From Amoebophrya sp. A120 (Eukaryota > Protista > Dinoflagellata), in contig CAJINV010000003.1 in the NCBI GenBank assembly GCA_905178155.1, positions 7,611,882 through 7,675,881 of the forward strand: a DNA stretch of 64,000 bases, written 5' to 3'. How positions within the stretch are numbered: the first letter of the stretch is position 1; each line of letters starts with the position of its first letter. Under the pieces are notes generated by a model. The model worked only from the letters and a program-made list of their open reading frames with translations, was not told the origin of the DNA and searched no databases. The translations under genes were made by a program, and so were the position numbers. Of this stretch, positions 60,945 to 64,000 are shown in pieces.

Positions 60945-63406
60945 TGCACGACTACTTCTTCACCACGCAGCAAAAAGACTGTTCCTTAAAGTACGAGGTG
61001 CCAGAACTGTGATTTGCAACAAAAAATGTTGGACATTAACCCACACTGCAATCCAAAATTTCTTCAAAATGCTCGGTAGGATCCAACAGGCCAGTGACTC
61101 GATCCAGATCCAGTCCTAATGGTAATATTCGTACGCAACGATGCAGACCACGACCTGGTTTACCAATGTCCCCAACTACCTCTTCGAGGATAACATCAAC
61201 CACCAAGTATTTGTCCGCTGTCTGTTATTGTTCTAGGTGTCAAGATGAACCACCAGAGAATGTTTGGAAAATAGTCAAGAGATCGTCACACATGAACGAC
61301 ATGAGGAACTGCATACACAACTTTTCCCTGACGAAGCCATGCAGACCGAAAAACAGCGAAAGAGAAAAGAAAAAGAACTGACATGTCGCGACTTTGCAGG
61401 CGCGGCTCGATGTTAAAATAACTTTGGAAAACCTCATCCCCTGGTCCCGGTTGTAGTTAGTTAGTTAAAATTCCCACAAAGAAGGTGAGATAAGGGGATG
61501 TAGTTGTTTGCCATCAATCCATCGTTGCGAAATCCAATGCGGGTTAATCCATTGCTTTCCGCTACACAAGTCTTTGCAGTCAATCTACAGTCTGGAAAAG
61601 GAATTCCATATTTTCAGAGAATTTCAATTTTTTCCGGTTGGTAGTGGGGGATAGTAGAATCCACCGACCCCGGCTTTCATTCGTTGCATGCAAAAAGAGT
61701 TGAAGAAGTCAACAAGTACTGTACGGCAATTTTTTCAAAAATTCGTATAAGAGTCGATAATTGTTTAATTCATACGAGCAGATAATATCTTATAAGCATA
61801 TCGGCACACTTATCTTGTCGCCTGGAAAAGATGTAAGACACAGATGCGCCTTCTCCTTATCGTAGAAATTTGTCCATAGCTGACTCTCGTTTCACCTCAT
61901 GACAATCTGGCTGTGCTTGATCTTTGGCTCTTTTCAACTAGAACTCCGAAAATACAGATCAGGCGTAGAATATTACGCTCCTATCATTCAATATGACACC
62001 TCTGTCTGTCTGTCTGTGATTCTATCTACTTTTGCCTTCAAATTTCTTCTGTACTACCTTCTTCATCGCAGTGTTATAACATCCGGTACCGGTTTTCTGT
62101 AGCTTTATTTACAAAGAAAGCGTAAGTACCAATTGAAATCGTTATGTTATATAGCGCCGCATGAGCCGAATTAATCTTGGAAAATTTCAACATGACTGGA
62201 ATTGTCCGCATCCGTCGGGCGTCAACAGATTTCAGTGTACGGGACTCGCGTGGTGACCCGCGGGATAGTAATATTTCTCCATACTGATGCAGTCTAGTCC
62301 AGCTCGTCCTTGATGAACTTCTCCCTCTACCGCCCGCCGTCGCCACGATCTGGAAAGGAACACTTCCCTGCCCGAGGTGCGCGCGTAACTACGCGAAAAA
62401 AATATCCGATTCGTTCGGTCATTCCGGTATACTCGGCGCAGCCATTGTGTAGGAAAACCCCCCGTGGTACCTGCAGAGACACACTACACCGGACCTCGTC
62501 GGACATCAAGCATAGCTGTCCCGCGAAAATTACTTCTTCGGTTGTCTCCTAGTATTACATGCCGGCTCGTCGCTTGTGAAGGGGATCCAGGCTACAGCAC
62601 ATGGGTTGATGAAAACGCGGCCATCAATCGTGGTCACCAACAACAGCTGCTGTAGTTTTTGATCAGCACGGGTGGTCTACATCCACGCGTCGTTCTGCCT
62701 GTCCGAACGGTTTCAACTGCATCAGCCGGCGAGTCCGCATTAGCTGTTCTCTTTCACAAGTGACTGCATGGCCGCATGGCGTCGTGGTCTTGGAAAAAAC
62801 CGGTGCAGCGCCGCGTCGCCCGAGGGGGCTGTGTCTTTGCGGAAGCAGAACATCGATGTAGCCCGCGTGACGCTGGTTTAGTATCTGTTTCTCCTCTTCG
62901 ACCGCTATTTCCAAACTCGGCATTCATGGGGATGCACAATTAAAACTTCTTTTCACATGGTCCCGATGAACAAAAGGATGCACGCTTACAAAAGCAAGCC
63001 TCCGACGATCGTGGTTCTCGCTGCAAAAACAAACTCCACACTGCGATTCTATTCCTTGAAAGAACGTCTTCTTTGCGTCGATACATAACTGCTGCGACTG
63101 GTAGAACAGAAATTAAAACTGCTACGACGTCGCTTCACCAGGAGAGATGTGTCCTCGCGACGGTCGGAGTTGTGGTGCGATGTATCAGCTAAAAACTTCA
63201 CTGGCATTGCCCGCGGCCAAGCCAGTCGCTGCACTCGGTGCGCCGCCTTGGAGCAGCCGCTGGCTCTGCTGGTTTAAGACGCGGATTGCCAACAAAAACT
63301 CCGCGCGCTCGTGCACCCCTCCGAAAAGCACGCGCGTACCCCGAATGAGCAGCGAGCGGCTGGTGATTTTTAAGTTGTGTTTTTTATGATCATGTTGCTT
63401 GTGCTA

Positions 63407-64000
63407 CTACAACGACGTCATTTGTAATGAATCAATATATCTGTTGAATCCGCGTACCCGGCCACACCCAGAAAAAATAAAATGCGCAGCCGAGCTCCAT
63501 AGTACTGTCATATAACAAATGTTGTATTTATCTCTGTGTATTAAGTATCTGTACTTGGTTTCTTCGTCCTCTGGAGTTTCGATGTCACCGGGCTGCAGCG
63601 GAAAGTGCAGCACCTCCATCGCGGTCATTTCATCCGGACCCATCCCATCCTCGAGACCGGGCATTGTCTGTCCTTGGCCAGCAGGATTATTAGAAGTCGA
63701 CGCTTTGGGGCAGTAGAAATGTAAGCTTTCCTGAAATCCCGCGCCGCCTTTTGTAGTTGTACCAACCGCCTGCTCCGGGGTGGTAGTACCGGCGTCCTGC
63801 GATTTCCGCACGAGCTTCAGCATGGCGGAAGTTTTCAACATTATCCCACCCACTTCAGCGCCCAACGCCATACCGGCACGCAGCTTGTGCCCCATTGCGT
63901 TCACGCGCTGTGCGGTATCCCGCAGCATTACCGCGCGCCCTCCAGCGCTACCAACGGGGCCCCCGACGGATGCTTGCGGCGTGCTCGCAGCGGATGGCGA
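63407..64000 (-). CDS. Partial hypothetical protein running off the window end
   Basis: GC-rich minus-strand ORF (173 aa from 63928) that appears to extend toward the window edge. Confidence 0.35.
   Translation of the reverse strand, partial: SPSAASTPQASVGGPVGSAGGRAVMLRDTAQRVNAMGHKLRAGMALGAEVGGIMLKTSAMLKLVRKSQDAGTTTPEQAVGTTTKGGAGFQESLHFYCPKASTSNNPAGQGQTMPGLEDGMGPDEMTAMEVLHFPLQPGDIETPEDEETKYRYLIHRDKYNICYMTVLWSSAAHFIFSGCGRVRGFNRYIDSLQMTSL

Overview
This is a eukaryotic, gene-dense 64-kb window in which every protein-coding gene I can reconstruct lies on the minus strand. Recognisable genes are an FkbM-like methyltransferase, a Bet1-type SNARE, a puromycin-sensitive-type M1 aminopeptidase, an Ariadne RBR E3 ligase, a KDEL-tailed prolyl 4-hydroxylase, an ALDH3-type dehydrogenase, an ODF3/SHIPPO-like PGP-repeat protein, the DNA polymerase epsilon catalytic subunit and a GT-A-like protein. 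Several hypothetical genes are also present. The dominant signal is about 21 clear (plus about 3 decayed) 150-400 bp non-autonomous elements inserted inside coding sequence. They belong to at least 4 multi-copy families plus singletons. Nearly all have TAT...ATA termini, terminal inverted repeats (TIRs) and a 5-bp target-site duplication (TSD). Removing an element plus one TSD copy restores the reading frame in every case, including inside catalytic motifs (HELAHQWFG|NLV, DVGAM|YPN, DIECTKE|PLK). About ten copies offer no possible AG acceptor, and three families occur in both orientations relative to transcription. Removal therefore cannot follow ordinary GT-AG rules. Unidirectional genes plus IR/DR-bounded non-canonical introns match the published introner elements of the parasitic dinoflagellate Amoebophrya (Syndiniales); the taxon is my inference. 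No transposase, RNA gene or CRISPR array was seen. All splice models are manual reconstructions without transcript data.
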